In this document: one piece after another, positions 36,705 through 49,479 of the stretch
Layout: each line of letters starts with the position of its first letter
How positions within the stretch are numbered: position 1 is the first letter of the stretch
Origin: Somniosus microcephalus
Lineage: Eukaryota
Length of the DNA: 64,000 nt
Reading direction: 5' to 3'
Assembly (NCBI GenBank): GCA_052327205.1
Contig: CM126223.1
Coordinates: forward strand, 62,062,001-62,126,000
The notes under the pieces: generated by a model
What the model was told of the DNA's origin: nothing
Database searches by the model: none
What the model saw: only the letters and a program-made list of their open reading frames with translations
Made by a program: the position numbers and the translations under genes

Positions 36705-38363
36705 AGATTTACACAAGGGAACATAGGCTGTATCCAGATATGACTAATGTCCATTTTTGAAGTACTCTATTACAGCTTGATGGTACTTGAATATTTGTTC
36801 CTAATGAGAGGTGAAACTGTGACAATTAATGCTTCTTAAGATGAGCTTCTGCTTCAGAAGTTGACAATGGCATTCTATAGTTGAAATTTTAAAAAACATT
36901 TCATCGACTGTTGTTACACAGTATTCAAAACAATCTAATTTTTATCTTGTTAATAATAATGTTCTCTGTTTACCCACAGAGTGGTAGTTTTGGTTTCAGC
37001 ACAGCTGTTAGTAATTTATTCTGACCATCACTGTTGGCGATCGTCTGCATTTGCTGCAGATTTCATTCCCGATCTTGCCATCAGGCTGCTGCTTGGCAGC
37101 ATGTTGTGATTGTTTTCAGGCTAATGTCAGCACCATCAAAGACAACAGAAAGCTATGTAGGAAATTAAATATTAAAAAAAAAGATTCCAATGCCTGCCTT
37201 TGGTCTGTGAATCAGGATATCATATTGAAGATTACAGAAGCAAGATTGACAAATTGCCATCATTTCTTGAATTTTTTTTAATCCTTTTTGTTTTTTAAAG
37301 TGTTTCCCTGCACTGTAGAAACATTTCCATGCAATGAAATTGGTCAGATGATCTGCTCATAGACCTGTCCTATTGACACCCTAACTGACTGCTTGGAGGT
37401 GGAGAGGAGTGGCCCTGGACCAGGATAACTGCTCTTTCCTGTAAGGCGCTACTGATCCTTACCTTTGTCCTCCGCCTGGTCAAGATCAGGAACCGGCTGT
37501 GTGGGATATCATGGGTGCTTGCCATTCTGTGGCACAGAACACAGGAGCTCCACCATGCAGTGACGTCCAGCTAATTATGCTTTTTTAAAATTCTGATTGT
37601 GTACATTTTTGCTGGCTAACTAAATGCAGCAGAACTAACCTAAAACTGTCAGAAATGTAACCATCTAGAATGCCGAATTCCATCTCAGCTTAACAAAGCT
37701 GAATACGCTGTCATACATGTACTTTGGGTTATCTGTTATTACATTGCCACGGTCTAAAGCATGTGCAGAACTCTTCAGAATTAACAGGCCACGCTTGTCT
37801 GGTCATGAGAGCAACGGTCGAGGAAGTAAAAATAACATGCTGGTTACGACTGGCACCATTCTTCAGCTTTACAGAGCTGAAGCTGACTGCCAAATCTGCT
37901 TTAATGTAAGTTTGGAGCACCGCTATCTTTAACATGAGTGACTCCAGGCCTACGCTTCAAGCTGAAAGAGAAATTACATTTGTCAGCACAAGACAAATCA
38001 GTCTAACGCTAAAGGATTTTCTTGCCACATTAGCTGGAAAATAAATTTTGGAACTCTGCCTTAGCAACAACAACAAATCCTAATCAGTGTTGACATATTA
38101 TTTTAATCTCTCGGAGCAGATGTCAGCTGTGCTGCTGAAAACCTTAGAAGACCCTGCCAGTGGCTAAGAACGCTATCTCAAATGAATTAATCTGCTGAAA
38201 TGCAAATAATCTGCAAGAATGTGCAGCCACTGATCAACTTCAGTCTTTGTAGTTTATTTGTTGTACAGTTGAGTACTTAAAGAACTGTCATTCTGCCAAA
38301 TTAAAGCCTTACTTTAAAATTCAAAGTCTAAGGTCAATGATCAGATGTCACTGTTTCTTTCAG

Positions 38364-38993
38364 ATCTGGACGACTTTAAGTTCGACCCCTTTGGTAACTT
38401 CAGTAATGGCTCCGCAGTGAGCAGTTTAACCAGTTACGATTGGTCTGAAAAAGAAGACTCTGGCACCCAGAGTAAGAAGCAGCCACCTTTCTTCCTCCAC
38501 TCCGAAGGCAGATCCTTGTCCTCCACCTCAGTGCTTCAGAAGAAAGAAACCTCTTTCGGCAGCTCCGAGAACATCACTATGACGACTGTCTCCACGGTAA
38601 CAACATTCTCTGCTGAGGACACCAGCTCGCCGCACAAGTTTGATGCTTTTGGAGACTTCAAAGAAACTGCAGAACGGACCAAAGAAAAAAAGGAAGGAGG
38701 AGGTGATTTTGGAGAATTTGCAGTTACTTCATCTCTGGAGGAGCAGATAACTCCGCCGAATGTGGCCGAGTCAAGCCTGGGTGATGCAGAGCAAAGGACC
38801 GCAGTCTCTGTCGCAAATGGGGTTTCTTCTGAAGAGACAAAAACTGAAGCCTTTGATGAATTTGGCGAATTCCAAAGTGAAAAGCCCAAAATTAGTAAAT
38901 TTGATTTTCTTATGGCTAGTTCCCAGGGCAAGGTGAAGTCTAGCGAGGAGATGATCAAGAGTGAGATGGAGACCTTTGACCTTTCTGTACAAG
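38364..38993 (+). CDS. SYNRG: SYNRG 630-nt exon (DLDDFK...FDLSVQ), phase 1-1
   Basis: tttctttcag acceptor, AAG|gtatgt donor. Contains KKETSFGSSENITMT and FGEFQSEKPKISKFDFL. Confidence 0.96.
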
Positions 38994-39361
38994 GTATGTA
39001 GAGATCGTCTGTATCCTGTCTTAAATTGATTGTAATATTTTTACTTCTGGCTGCTTAACCTCAAAGTTGGATATTGCAAAAAGCTGTTTTTGCTGAAAAC
39101 ACAATTTAGATCTTGGGTTTTTGAGAAAATGATTGTGTCTTCATGTTAATCAAAAGCAAATTTAAAAATAATAGTAATTCTGTCTTTTCTGAATTTACAA
39201 AGAGTAAAGTTACTGATTGCACATGTGACTTATTAATTCACTTTAAGGTGTGGTAAAATGCTTCCTTCATTGAGTTGTCTCCTCAACAACAGCAATAACT
39301 TACATTTCATAGGATAGTTACAGCACAGAAGGAGGCCATTTTGCCTTTCAAGCCTGTGTAG

Positions 39362-40265
39362 GAAATGTCCCAAGGCACTTCACAGAGGCATATGGAGGCC
39401 AAGATATTAGGAGGGGTGATCATAAGCTTGGTCAAAGAGATGGGTTTTAAGGAGGGTCTTGAAGGAGGAGAGAAAGGTGAAGAGGAGCAGTAGTTTAGGG
39501 AACAATTTCAAAGGGTGGGGCCTCGGCAGCTGAGGGCACGGTCACTAGTGGTGGGGCAAAGGGATGGTGGGGATGCAGAAAAGGCCAGAGTCAGAGGAAC
39601 AGAGTGTTTATGGCCAGTGGATAGTGCTTGAGAAGGTTAGAGAGATGGGGAGGCCATGGAGGGATTTAAACATAAGGATAAGAATTTTACATTTGAGTCA
39701 CTAGGAGACTGGAAGCGATTGTAGGTCAGCGAGGACAGAGGTGGTGGGTCAGCAAGATTTGGTGCGGGATACAATCTGGGCAGCAGAGTATTTGATGAGC
39801 TGAAGTTTACAGAGGGTGGATGATGGGTTGGAGATGGACGATGTTGGCGGAGGTGGAAATAGGCAGTCTTTGTGATGAAGAGGATTTTTAAAATTCATTC
39901 ACGGGATGTGGGCGTCGCCGGCAAGGCCAGCATTTATTGCCCATCCCTAATTGCCCTTGAGAAGGTGGTGATGAGTCACCTTCTTGAACCGCTGCAGTCC
40001 GTGAGGTGAGGGTACTCCCACACTGAGTGCTGCTAAGGAGGGAGTCCCAGGATTTTTACCCAGCAATGATGAAGGAACGGCGATATATTTCCAAGTCAGG
40101 AGGGTGTGTGACTTGGAGGTGGTGGTGTTCCCATGCGCCTGCTGCCCTTGTCCTTCTAGGTGGTTGAGGTCATGGGTTATGGGATCGGAAGCTCTGTTTG
40201 GGGTCAAATAGGACTCGGAGGTTGCAAATAGTTTGGTTCAGCCTAAGATAGGGGAGGGGGAAGGA
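39362..40265 (-). mobile_element. L2-type LINE 3' fragment with a nested HE1/HER1-type piece (~39890-40175)
   Basis: Reverse-complement similarity to 44740-45535. Confidence 0.7.
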
Positions 40266-40809
40266 GTCCTCGATCAAACTGCTCAGTTCAGTTAAACGTT
40301 TCCTCCTTGTGTTGGAGCCAAACCCCCCTCCACATTCCCCCTCAACCTCAGCCACCTGTTGAAATCCCAACTTTTTTTTTTAGCATCGCCAGTGACAATT
40401 TTTAACTTTGCAGTAAAAGCCATTACTTGGGTAACATGTTTTTGTCTTCTCAAACTCCTCCAAGAAAAAACATTGCTCGCTTCTCTGACTTTTGAGATAG
40501 CTGAGAGCAAGGGTCAGTCAATGAAAACTATTGGCACTTTATAACAGGAAAAATAGTCTAACGGTGGTTGAGACCTCAGTGAGGAAGATTCTTGATCTAC
40601 AGTGCAATCCAGCAGTTTGTATCGTAATGCTCAAAGTATCAAGTTAACTGGCACGTTTTAAAATTGTGTTAATATGGAACCCTTATTAAAGTACCACAGA
40701 ATGTTGAACCTTCTCTTATGAGCAGAGAGGATTTTCTAATAAATTATTGAGTGAAGCCTGTGCTTTAGTTTTTTCACTTACCTGGTGAGACGGGAGGCGA
40801 GCCCCAAGT

Positions 40810-40973
40810 ATATTTAAGAAGGAGATAGATTTCTAGACACAAAAGGCATCAAGGGATATGGGGAGAGAGCGGGAATATGGTATTGAGATAGAGGATCAGC
40901 CATGATCTTATTGAATGACGGAGCAGGCTCGAAAGGCCGAATGGCCTACTCCTATTTTTCTATGTTTCTATGC
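40810..40973 (+). mobile_element. Short CR1 3' tail
   Basis: 'ggagcaggctcgaaaggccgaatggcctactcct...tctatgtttctatg'. Confidence 0.75.
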
Positions 40974-41100
40974 TATGAGAACTGCTCCTTTCCATGGTTA
41001 GAATTTTGCGGTACATTGGCCAGACATAATTCGTGTTTCTGTGACTTTCTCTCAAATGGAGTAACTTGCTTAACACAAGATTTCAACCCCACCCCTACAG

Positions 41101-41261
41101 GATCTCATAAAAGGAGTCTGAGCCTGGGGGATAAAGAAGTAACCCGTGCACCACCAGCTTCAGAGCAGTCTTTCAGGGACCGATCAAATACCCTAAATGA
41201 GAAACCAGCACCACTGCCTGTCATCAGGGACAAGTATAAGGACCTAACTGGGGAAGTGGAG
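41101..41261 (+). CDS. SYNRG: SYNRG exon (GSHKRSLSLGDKE...DLTGEVE), phase 1-0
   Basis: cccctacag acceptor, GAG|gtaaag donor. Contains RDRSNTLNEKP and PVIRDKYKDLTGEVE. Confidence 0.95.
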
Positions 41262-42181
41262 GTAAAGGTTGCGAGTTCAGAAAACAATTACTGGTTAAGC
41301 ACGGAGCTGGAAGATGTTTGGGATTTCTACTTGGCGCTAGGGAAGGAAATTATAATTGTTCTCAGTTTCTAGCTTCAGAATCTCTCAATTCAAGTCAATT
41401 TTTATTTGTCATCTGTGCACGATTCCAGGTTTGGTTCTGCAAGAGAAGTTACACATTGTAGGAAAGGAACTGGTCCAACTCATTGGCACCAGGGGTAGTC
41501 TGAAACAGGCCAGGAAAGGAATGGCTTTGAGAAATTAATTTACGTGCGTATTAAGAGGGTAATTTTCACTAGTTTACTTGCAAGCAGTATGTGTTCAGCA
41601 TTTCAAAATAAATGAACAAAACTTGTAAATAAAGTTGTATTTTTTTTAGTCTACAATATTTTATATAGCACAGTTTCACAGCTGGTGGGAAAAGTGTTAC
41701 AAGCTAAATTTCTTTAGAGCTCAGCACACAAATTACCCTCTATATAGGATTATGTTCATGATAACTGGTGAGATTTACTTACCTATAATGTTAGTTAGAA
41801 AACAAAACTTGACAGTTTTTCTTCAGACCTAAAGTTTGAAGTAGGTATGTCTGGTGCTGTTGATATATTACAGATTTTTGGGGCCCTGTGGTTGATGATT
41901 ATTTAAGAACCCGCTTGACTGTCTTGTGGTGACGAGTTCTGTGACCAGGACCACCCATGTATGTGATGGTTTTATCAGTTCCTGACCTGGGCACTCGTTA
42001 ATGTATATTTCATAGAGCAGTATATTTAGACAATTCTTCTACTGTAGTATTTGCTTAATTACTATTTCAGTTTGACCACTGTCAGCTACATGTATATTTA
42101 TTTTAGTATACAGCGTATGGAAGGAGTTGGATTTAGGTTCAAATAAGAGTTTGCGAATCACTTTTGTTGTCTCTGTTTCAG

Positions 42182-42235
42182 GAGAATGAACGCTACGCTT
42201 ACGAATGGCAAAGATGTTTAGAAAGTGCATTGCAG
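42182..42235 (+). CDS. SYNRG: SYNRG 54-nt exon (ENERYAYEWQRCLESALQ), phase 0-0
   Basis: ctgtttcag acceptor, CAG|gtaaag donor. Confidence 0.95.
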
Positions 42236-43779
42236 GTAAAGCCTTCAACATTTTATGTAGTGCTGCATTGCAGTGGTATGCCACAGCAGAACGGTACGTC
42301 ATTTTCAGAAGTATCTGGGCATTGTCTACCTGGACCTGAGTCTGAACTTGCTGTTAATTGACAAGGGGTGCAGTTGTGCATTCACTTTTTTGGATCCGTT
42401 TACAACAATGCAAAAGCGACTTTATAACTCTGAAGTAAATCTGAAATCTGACTCCAGGACGCTGCAGTATGAGATCCCTGCGGGGAGACCCTTCCGCTCC
42501 ACTTGGGTTTAACACCAGTGGGCCGTTGAGTTTAATATGTACTCTGATGCTCTGTTTGGCCTTGCGCATGCTTTACAAACTTAAGCAGAGTTTAAAAAAC
42601 TATATATTTTGAGTGTGTTGATGCTGCACTCTCGAGACATTTAAAATCTACTGGCTGGGGAGCGGAGCTCTATGAATGCATGGAGCTCTTTCTAGGGGAG
42701 TGCAATTCACAGCAACGTATAATGAGGGTTTTACTGACTGTTAACTGCTCGCTGCAATCAGCAATCTCAAATCAGTATAACTGCAGCTCGGGTCATTTAG
42801 TCTCCATCGATGTAGATTAGGACTTATTTCGGGTAAGGTACTGTGATTGAAACTGGACTCTGAATTTAATTTCCCAATTTGGACTGCAAAATGCAGTGCC
42901 TGTGTCGGTTCAACATAGTCTGAAATGTTAAACAAGCATTTGTTATGCGACTGCAACTTGTTTTACTTGCTTTACAAAAGGCGTAATGCTGGACAGTTCA
43001 TAATTTGCTATGAAAATTGTATAATGGAATGCCACCTGTCAGAATATTATTCTTGACTCTTGTCCAGCATCCACAAGAGACACTAAATAAACGTGTCTGA
43101 TATTGGTTTTGTTTCCACAGTTGAGTCTTGGTCATGATGAACAAAAATAACTGTGCAACAGGGATATCGCTTAGTGTTTTGTTTATATCACTTGTCTTTT
43201 TAACCTCTCTTTGGGTTTGAGGTGGCTCCAAAGTAACAGGCCAGATGAAGGAATCAGAACCAAATCAAGCCTCTTTGGCAAGCTTGGTAATCTGATACCG
43301 CAACCAGACAGATCTGCAATACTCCAGGACACTGTTGGTTCATTCAATGTGGAGGAGTAGGGTGCTGGGATTCTTCCCACTCTGCTCCAGATAAGCCTGC
43401 AAGTCAGTGCTGTAACAGGTGGAGTGTCCAGGTGGGACAAGCAGCGAGAAGCTTACCCGTGTTCATTAGGCTGCTTTGTTTTAACTGGTTGAACACCAGC
43501 AGTATCGGGCAAGGTAAAGGGGACGTTTCCTTAGAGGAAGAGAGTGCGCACTCCATGTCAGGCAAATGGAAACTCAAACTGTGGATTTCGAAGTAGTTTA
43601 CTTCGGAGACCCTGAAGCATAGTGATGGGTTTCTGGGTATGTCAGACACTCAGCTGACCACAAAAAGGTGTTTCTTTAATTCAAAATGTAGACATTTATT
43701 TTTGGATTGACGTACCTTTTTGTGATATTAATGTGAAATAAAACTTTAATTTCTCTACCAGAAAAGAAAGCCTTGCATT

Positions 43780-43934
43780 CAATGTTCCCTCTAATTTTTT
43801 TTCCGTGCGTGGTCCCTTTAAGTAGCTGCGCAGCCTATTCAAATTTTTGCACATGCACGGTTTCTCCCATTTAAAAGCCTGTGAGCAGCCTGCGCGGGAC
43901 CTCCAGACCGCTGCGCAGCTTAACGGGAACGTTG
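43780..43934 (+). mobile_element. hAT MITE of the same family as 24779, inserted in a SINE tail
   Basis: CAATGTTCCCTCTAA...TTAACGGGAACGTTG; 8-bp TSD CTTGCATT. Confidence 0.88.
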
Positions 43935-44741
43935 CTTGCATTTATATCGTACCTACCACATCCCCAAGACAACCCAGAACACTTTATAACCAATGAATTA
44001 CTTTTGAAATGTTGTTTTGAAGGCAAATGTGGCAGCCAATTTGCACACAAGTCCCACAACAAGTGAGTTGAATGACAAGTTACTCTGAGGCTGTCTGTGC
44101 TCTAAATATAAGGTACTCCACCAATGGGAAAACAAAATAACAAAGGAGAATGACTTGACTCACAACCGTCACAAATGAGTTATCCTCCGTTTTCTCACAG
44201 GTTGAATATAGCCTGTATTCCCCACTAAGCATTGTTCTTTATATAGGTCTAGTCCAACTTTTTAATTATTAAAACCAGGCTGTTACCAGAAAGGACGCAT
44301 CAGTAATAAGGAGTTGTAGTTCGAAGTTTTCAGTCTGACACCTGTCTGTTGCAGAGAGAGAATCCACAGAGGGTGAGATGATCTAGAGGGCGCTGATTGG
44401 TTGTTTCTGAGTGAACGAGACATGTAAATCCATCAAAATCCACTTTCTGTTAGGAATGCTGATGGACTCTTAATGCAAAGGGAAGCCATGTATATCTCTA
44501 GAATTAAAAGGAGGGCACATGGTAAAAACAAGTCAACTTAGCTAACAAGTCATGTGCAAGCACAAATCAGACTTAAACAAAAATACTTTTTCAGACTTAA
44601 AGAAAATAATTCACAGGAGAACAGGGATAGGCAACGGAAGCTGCATTCAGAACAGCCAAAACATCATTAGAGAAGGGGCTAGTGATAACTGTGGTAGCAA
44701 TAGCTATGTTTGAAGTCAGAGGGCCATTAAGGACTGCATAG

Positions 44742-45535
44742 AGATTGAAGCTGTTCTCTTTGGCTCCCCGCCACAAACTCTGTTCCCTAGCCACCGATTC
44801 CATCCACCTCCCTGGCCACTGTCTCAGGTTGAACCAGACTGTTCGCAACCTCGGCATCCTATTTTACTTCGAGCTTCCTACCCCATAACCTTCCCGTCAC
44901 TTGGACCGCCTACTTGCACCTCGGTAACATTGCCTGTGTCCGCCCCGCCTCGGGCCTTCCTCTGCTGAAAGCCTCATCTATGCTTTTGTTACCACCAGAC
45001 TTGACTATTCCAGTGCTCTCCAGGCCGACCGCCTATTCTCCACCCTCCATAAACTTGAGCTCATCCAAACCTCTACTGCCTGTATCCCAACTCTCATCAG
45101 GGGTCGCTCACCCGTTACCTTTGTGCTCACTGACCTACATTGGTTCCCGGTCCAGTAACGCTTCAGTTTTACAATTCTCATTGTTGTGATTAAATCCCTG
45201 CATGGGCCTCGCCTCTCCCTATCTCTGTGACCTCCTCCAGCCCTACAAGCCTCCGAGTACACTGTATTCCTCCAACTTTGGCCACTTGTGTGTCCCCCAC
45301 TCCCTTCGCCCCACCATTGGCGGCCATGCCTTCAGCTATCTTGGCTCTAAGCTCTGCAATTCCCTCCCTAAACCTCCCCGCCTCTCCACCCCTCTCTCTT
45401 TTAAGATGCTTCTAGTCACCCATCCTAATATCTTGTTCATTGGCTCAGTGTTGTTTTTTGTTTGATAACGCTCCTGTGAAGTGCTTTGGGATGTTTTACT
45501 ACATTAAAGGCACTATATAAATGTAAGTTCTTATT
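44742..45535 (+). mobile_element. L2-type LINE 3' fragment
   Basis: Degraded 'VRNLGI..HL.NIA..RP..LDYS..LHW' ORF2 C-terminus; tail aaaggcactatataaatgtaagtt. Confidence 0.8.
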
Positions 45536-45779
45536 GAAGGATTCATCATGGCAACTTCAAGTAGACTGTCAATATGCCAGAGGTTTTAAATACCCCACTA
45601 GCAATGCCACAATTTGTGAAACTATTGATTACTCCTGAGGTTTTGGTATTTGACACAAACATTCTGTTTAATTGCCCATTGATGGGTATACCAATTTGTT
45701 AATTGCTTAGTTTCATTTTTCCAGCCTTTATAATTTCATTGTAAATATCTTACAGGGCACTTTAAACATTTTTTTTTAG

Positions 45780-45876
45780 GTGATCAGGAAGGCCAGTGAG
45801 ACCCTGAACGGAATCAGCAGTTCGACTGTGTGTAGTGAAGTCATCCAGTCAACACAAGGCATGGAATACCTCTTGG
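45780..45876 (+). CDS. SYNRG: SYNRG exon (VIRKASETLNGISSSTVCSEVIQSTQGMEYLL), phase 0-1
   Basis: ttttttag acceptor, G|gtatgg donor. Close to recalled 'VIKKANDTLNGISSSSVCTEVIQSAQGMEYLL'. Confidence 0.94.
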
Positions 45877-47775
45877 GTATGGAATAAATGGCAGCAATTG
45901 TTAATTGATATTGTTTTGTTCGTGCCGGGGGGGTTTCTGGTTATGCAGTGATGTATTTAGAAGACCCCCCATTTTGTCCTCTTGGAAAGGTGATGTCAGT
46001 AATATTTCTGTATCGAAACAAAACGTCATTACTTTATTAAAAATTCAACATCCTACTTTTTTTACTCCCTCTTTAGGTCTCCAGCGATACACTTTTGAAA
46101 TCATACTGAGTAGTTTGTGGCCGAGGGGTGAGCAGATGACTGGCCCCTCAGGCTTTTACAAGCGTTATTGCTAAACCAACAGTTCATTAAAGTTGACTAT
46201 TCCCTCCTCCCTCCCCCCTCCCCCACATTGGGAAGAGCCTAACTTTTCTTCAAGCTCCTCTTGCTCCTTGTGATCTGGAGCCTGCAGCATGTTGAATTGC
46301 AGGCAGGAATCCAGCAATTTGAATTTCATCAAATATTAAATGCTTTTTCATTATGCATATTCTCTAAATCTACTTTTGGCATTCTTCATTAGAATGGTCA
46401 CGGAAAATATGTTTTGCAGGTGTTATGTGAAGGAAAATATTTGTGTATTTTGAAAATCACAAGGGGCCTTTATTTAATTTAGCAAATGCTGCAATTATTT
46501 TCAATGTAGGTAATTTTAACAAGGTGGTATTCAGATAAGGCTAACGGGTAGCACTTCTCGAACCACATTCAACAGCTTGCAGCACGCTGTCTATATGGTT
46601 AATTTATATCGTTGCTACTTTTTTCCCAACTAATATCCCCTTTTCCCCCAAAGGCACTGAATGCTAGTGGGAAACGGGTCCATCGCCACTGGAAGCTTTC
46701 CACTGGCCTGTCCAAATGATCATTCTTCATGCACGAGTCTACTCATTGAGTGCCAGCAGGCTATTTGGCTGCAGGGGGCATCACAGCCAAGCCCAATCCT
46801 GTCTTCACCCACCATCCATCCACATGCACTTTCCACTGAACAGCAGTGATGAGCAGAATTGGCTGATATGTCCTCTTCCGAGTCCAGGCAGGCTGTGACC
46901 CAATTGCTTGTAGTGGTCCACTTGCTATACCAGCTAATATCTGGGAACTAGGCTCAGACTGGCAATCAAATCTGCGACCCTGTGACTTATAGGGTTTAGT
47001 GTATGCAGTTACCTTATTAGAGAAGCTATTCATTCCAGTAATATATAGTCATAAGTTTTCTATATTTGTAGAGATGCAGAAAATAGTGAATTAAGCTGTA
47101 AATGCTTCCACTTGGTAGCATCGTGTGTGCACATTGTAATATAAATGTTGGCTGCATGTAGTCACAGTATTTAATATCCGTAACAATCATAGTGACTGTT
47201 TTTGGCTACCATGATTACAAATCTTAGTCAAAATGACATGATTGTACTATGTGTTTTAAAAAAAAAAAAATCATTCTAGAGCATCTTTAAATAGCTGAGA
47301 ATATACCAAGAGGGCTGTGCTATAAACACTGTTTGATCAGGGAAATATTTTTAACTATTTGGCTCACCTTCAAATTACCTATTCATGATAACTAACAAAG
47401 TATTGTTTCCCTGCCATTTAAAAGGGGCTGGCATCTTTTTCACTTTGCTGCCTTGATTCTCTGCATTTCACTCCGCTATTTTGAGGATTCCTGTTGGCGA
47501 ATAATTAAACAAATATAGAGATTCCTGATCTGTGAAAATACTGATAATGGGATAGAAAATCCATGATAAATGTATTGGCGCACTTATTGTAACTGTAAGA
47601 CGCAACCTTATACATAAATTTGGAATTAGGAATGGCCATCGGACCCATCAAACCGCTTCCTTCTAACAGACCATGTAGTTTGGATCATCCAATTTATTTA
47701 CTCTTCTGAGGGAGGTGGATAACTACACTTAACTCTTCCAAAAAGACTGCAAAATTTCTCCTTGACCCTCTAAGG

Positions 47776-48061
47776 CAGAGGTGTCCAACTGGCAGCCGCC
47801 CGACCCCCCCCCCCCCCCCCCAAGGAATCTGGCCATGGAAACCCAGGCAGCTTAGTCCTATTTGCACTTGTATTTCTTATTCACTGTTTTTTAGTGCCCA
47901 TTTTTCATTGGTGGATGAATTGGAAACCAAGCTATGTTAGTATCAGCAGCTTGAGGAATATGCTAATTATCGAGAATATGACGATAAACTTTATTGATGG
48001 CCCCCCTGAGGCTCCATGTTGCACTTATTCAACCCCTTCGACATAAGTTTGGACACCCCTT
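47776..48061. mobile_element. hAT (Charlie-like) MITE
   Basis: CAGAGGTGTCCAA / TTGGACACCCCT; 8-bp TSD CTCTAAGG. Confidence 0.85.
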
Positions 48062-48179
48062 CTCTAAGGTAATCTACTGAGACTTCAGGATATTAGCCTA
48101 ACCTAAATTATTGTACCGTCGTCACCCGATGCATTTCGCAGGTCACATTTCCTTGGTTTCACCAGCACAGAAACTCATT

Positions 48180-48930
48180 GGCTCAGAAATTCGGGTCGGA
48201 GGCTTCCCGCGGGTGCAAGCCTCCGACCTGCACTTACCTTGCACGCCGGCCGTTGAGCTGTGGGCCCCCGTGGAATTGCGATCCTGGGCCTCCTCCAACT
48301 GCTGGCGCGCAGTGCTTGCGTATCCCAGGGGCGCAGTTAGTTCGATGCGTCCCCTGGGATCACGTGGGCTATGGAGAGCCAATGGTAGCAGGGAATGCTT
48401 CATTCATATAGGTTTGACAGGAAGACCTGTCAAACCTATAAAAACTATAAGCCCCAAAAATCACTAAAACCTCAAATAAATTTTTTTTTAAATCACATTT
48501 TTAAAATAAACTATAAATTACATGAAATAACTTTTAAACAATACAGCAATTTAAATTTTTGAAAAGAAATTACATTTTCTAACGGGGCTAAAATAAACTT
48601 ACCTTTCTTTAAAGTATTTAAAAATAATAAACCTGTGGAAGAAATGTTTTAATTTTAATTAATTCACCACTTACCTTGTTAAAAGCAGGCCTTGCGACTG
48701 CTTTTTACATGTATAACTTCTGGAAACTTACCTTCCCGGAGAAACCTGGGAAAAAAACGTAAGTTCGATGCGCACGCGCTGCCTCTCTCGCGCACGCGTT
48801 CCACCTCTTAACCCCTTTCAGGGGAACGGAAGTGCCGGTTTCCCGTGCATGCACGAAACCGGCACTTCCATTGGGCCTACGGGTGAGTACCCCGTGCGTA
48901 CTCACCCGTGGAGACCCGAATTTCTGGGCC
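48180..48930 (+). mobile_element. PIF/Harbinger-like MITE, intact
   Basis: TIRs GGCTCAGAAATTCGGGTC / GACCCGAATTTCTGGGCC; 3-bp TSD ATT. Confidence 0.85.
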
Positions 48931-49479
48931 ATTGTGTTTTATGGAATATATATAATCGTCTGCACCCACACTTATTTTTAGTTCTGCTTTTAACCAGATA
49001 TTTATCCAACTACTTTTTTTTAATATAAAAGTTAATTAACTGACCTGCTTGGAGTCTGTTTCGCAGATCATCCACTATGGGGAGAAAGAATTTCTTTCAA
49101 CAATAGTTTTGCTCAAGGCTGATTAATTTTGTTCTTGCGTCTCGCAGTTCTGTAATCATAGTTTAAGTTAAGTAACTTCCATCTTAATGCTTTGCTGTAT
49201 TTTAAAGACTAGAATCATGTCCCCTCTTAATTATCTTTTCTACAATGAAAGCAAGCTCATTTCAAAAAGCTGATCCATGTAACTTAAAGGTTTAAATTCT
49301 AGACTTGGCCTTGCCACTCTGCAAAGGATCAATGTTCTTTTGAAGGCAGCTTTCTTTATAATGGCGCACAATGGCTTTACTATTGAGTTACACAAAGTTG
49401 AAATAACTTTTAATCAAATGTACTTGAGCTGCATTTCTGTCCTTTTATTAGCCTGGTAGATGACACTTCAGATAATTGT

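Noticed and set aside
36961-37000. Acceptor-like tttacccacag giving EW-stop in phase 1
   Set aside because: No donor or poly(A) support that I can verify; could be chance.
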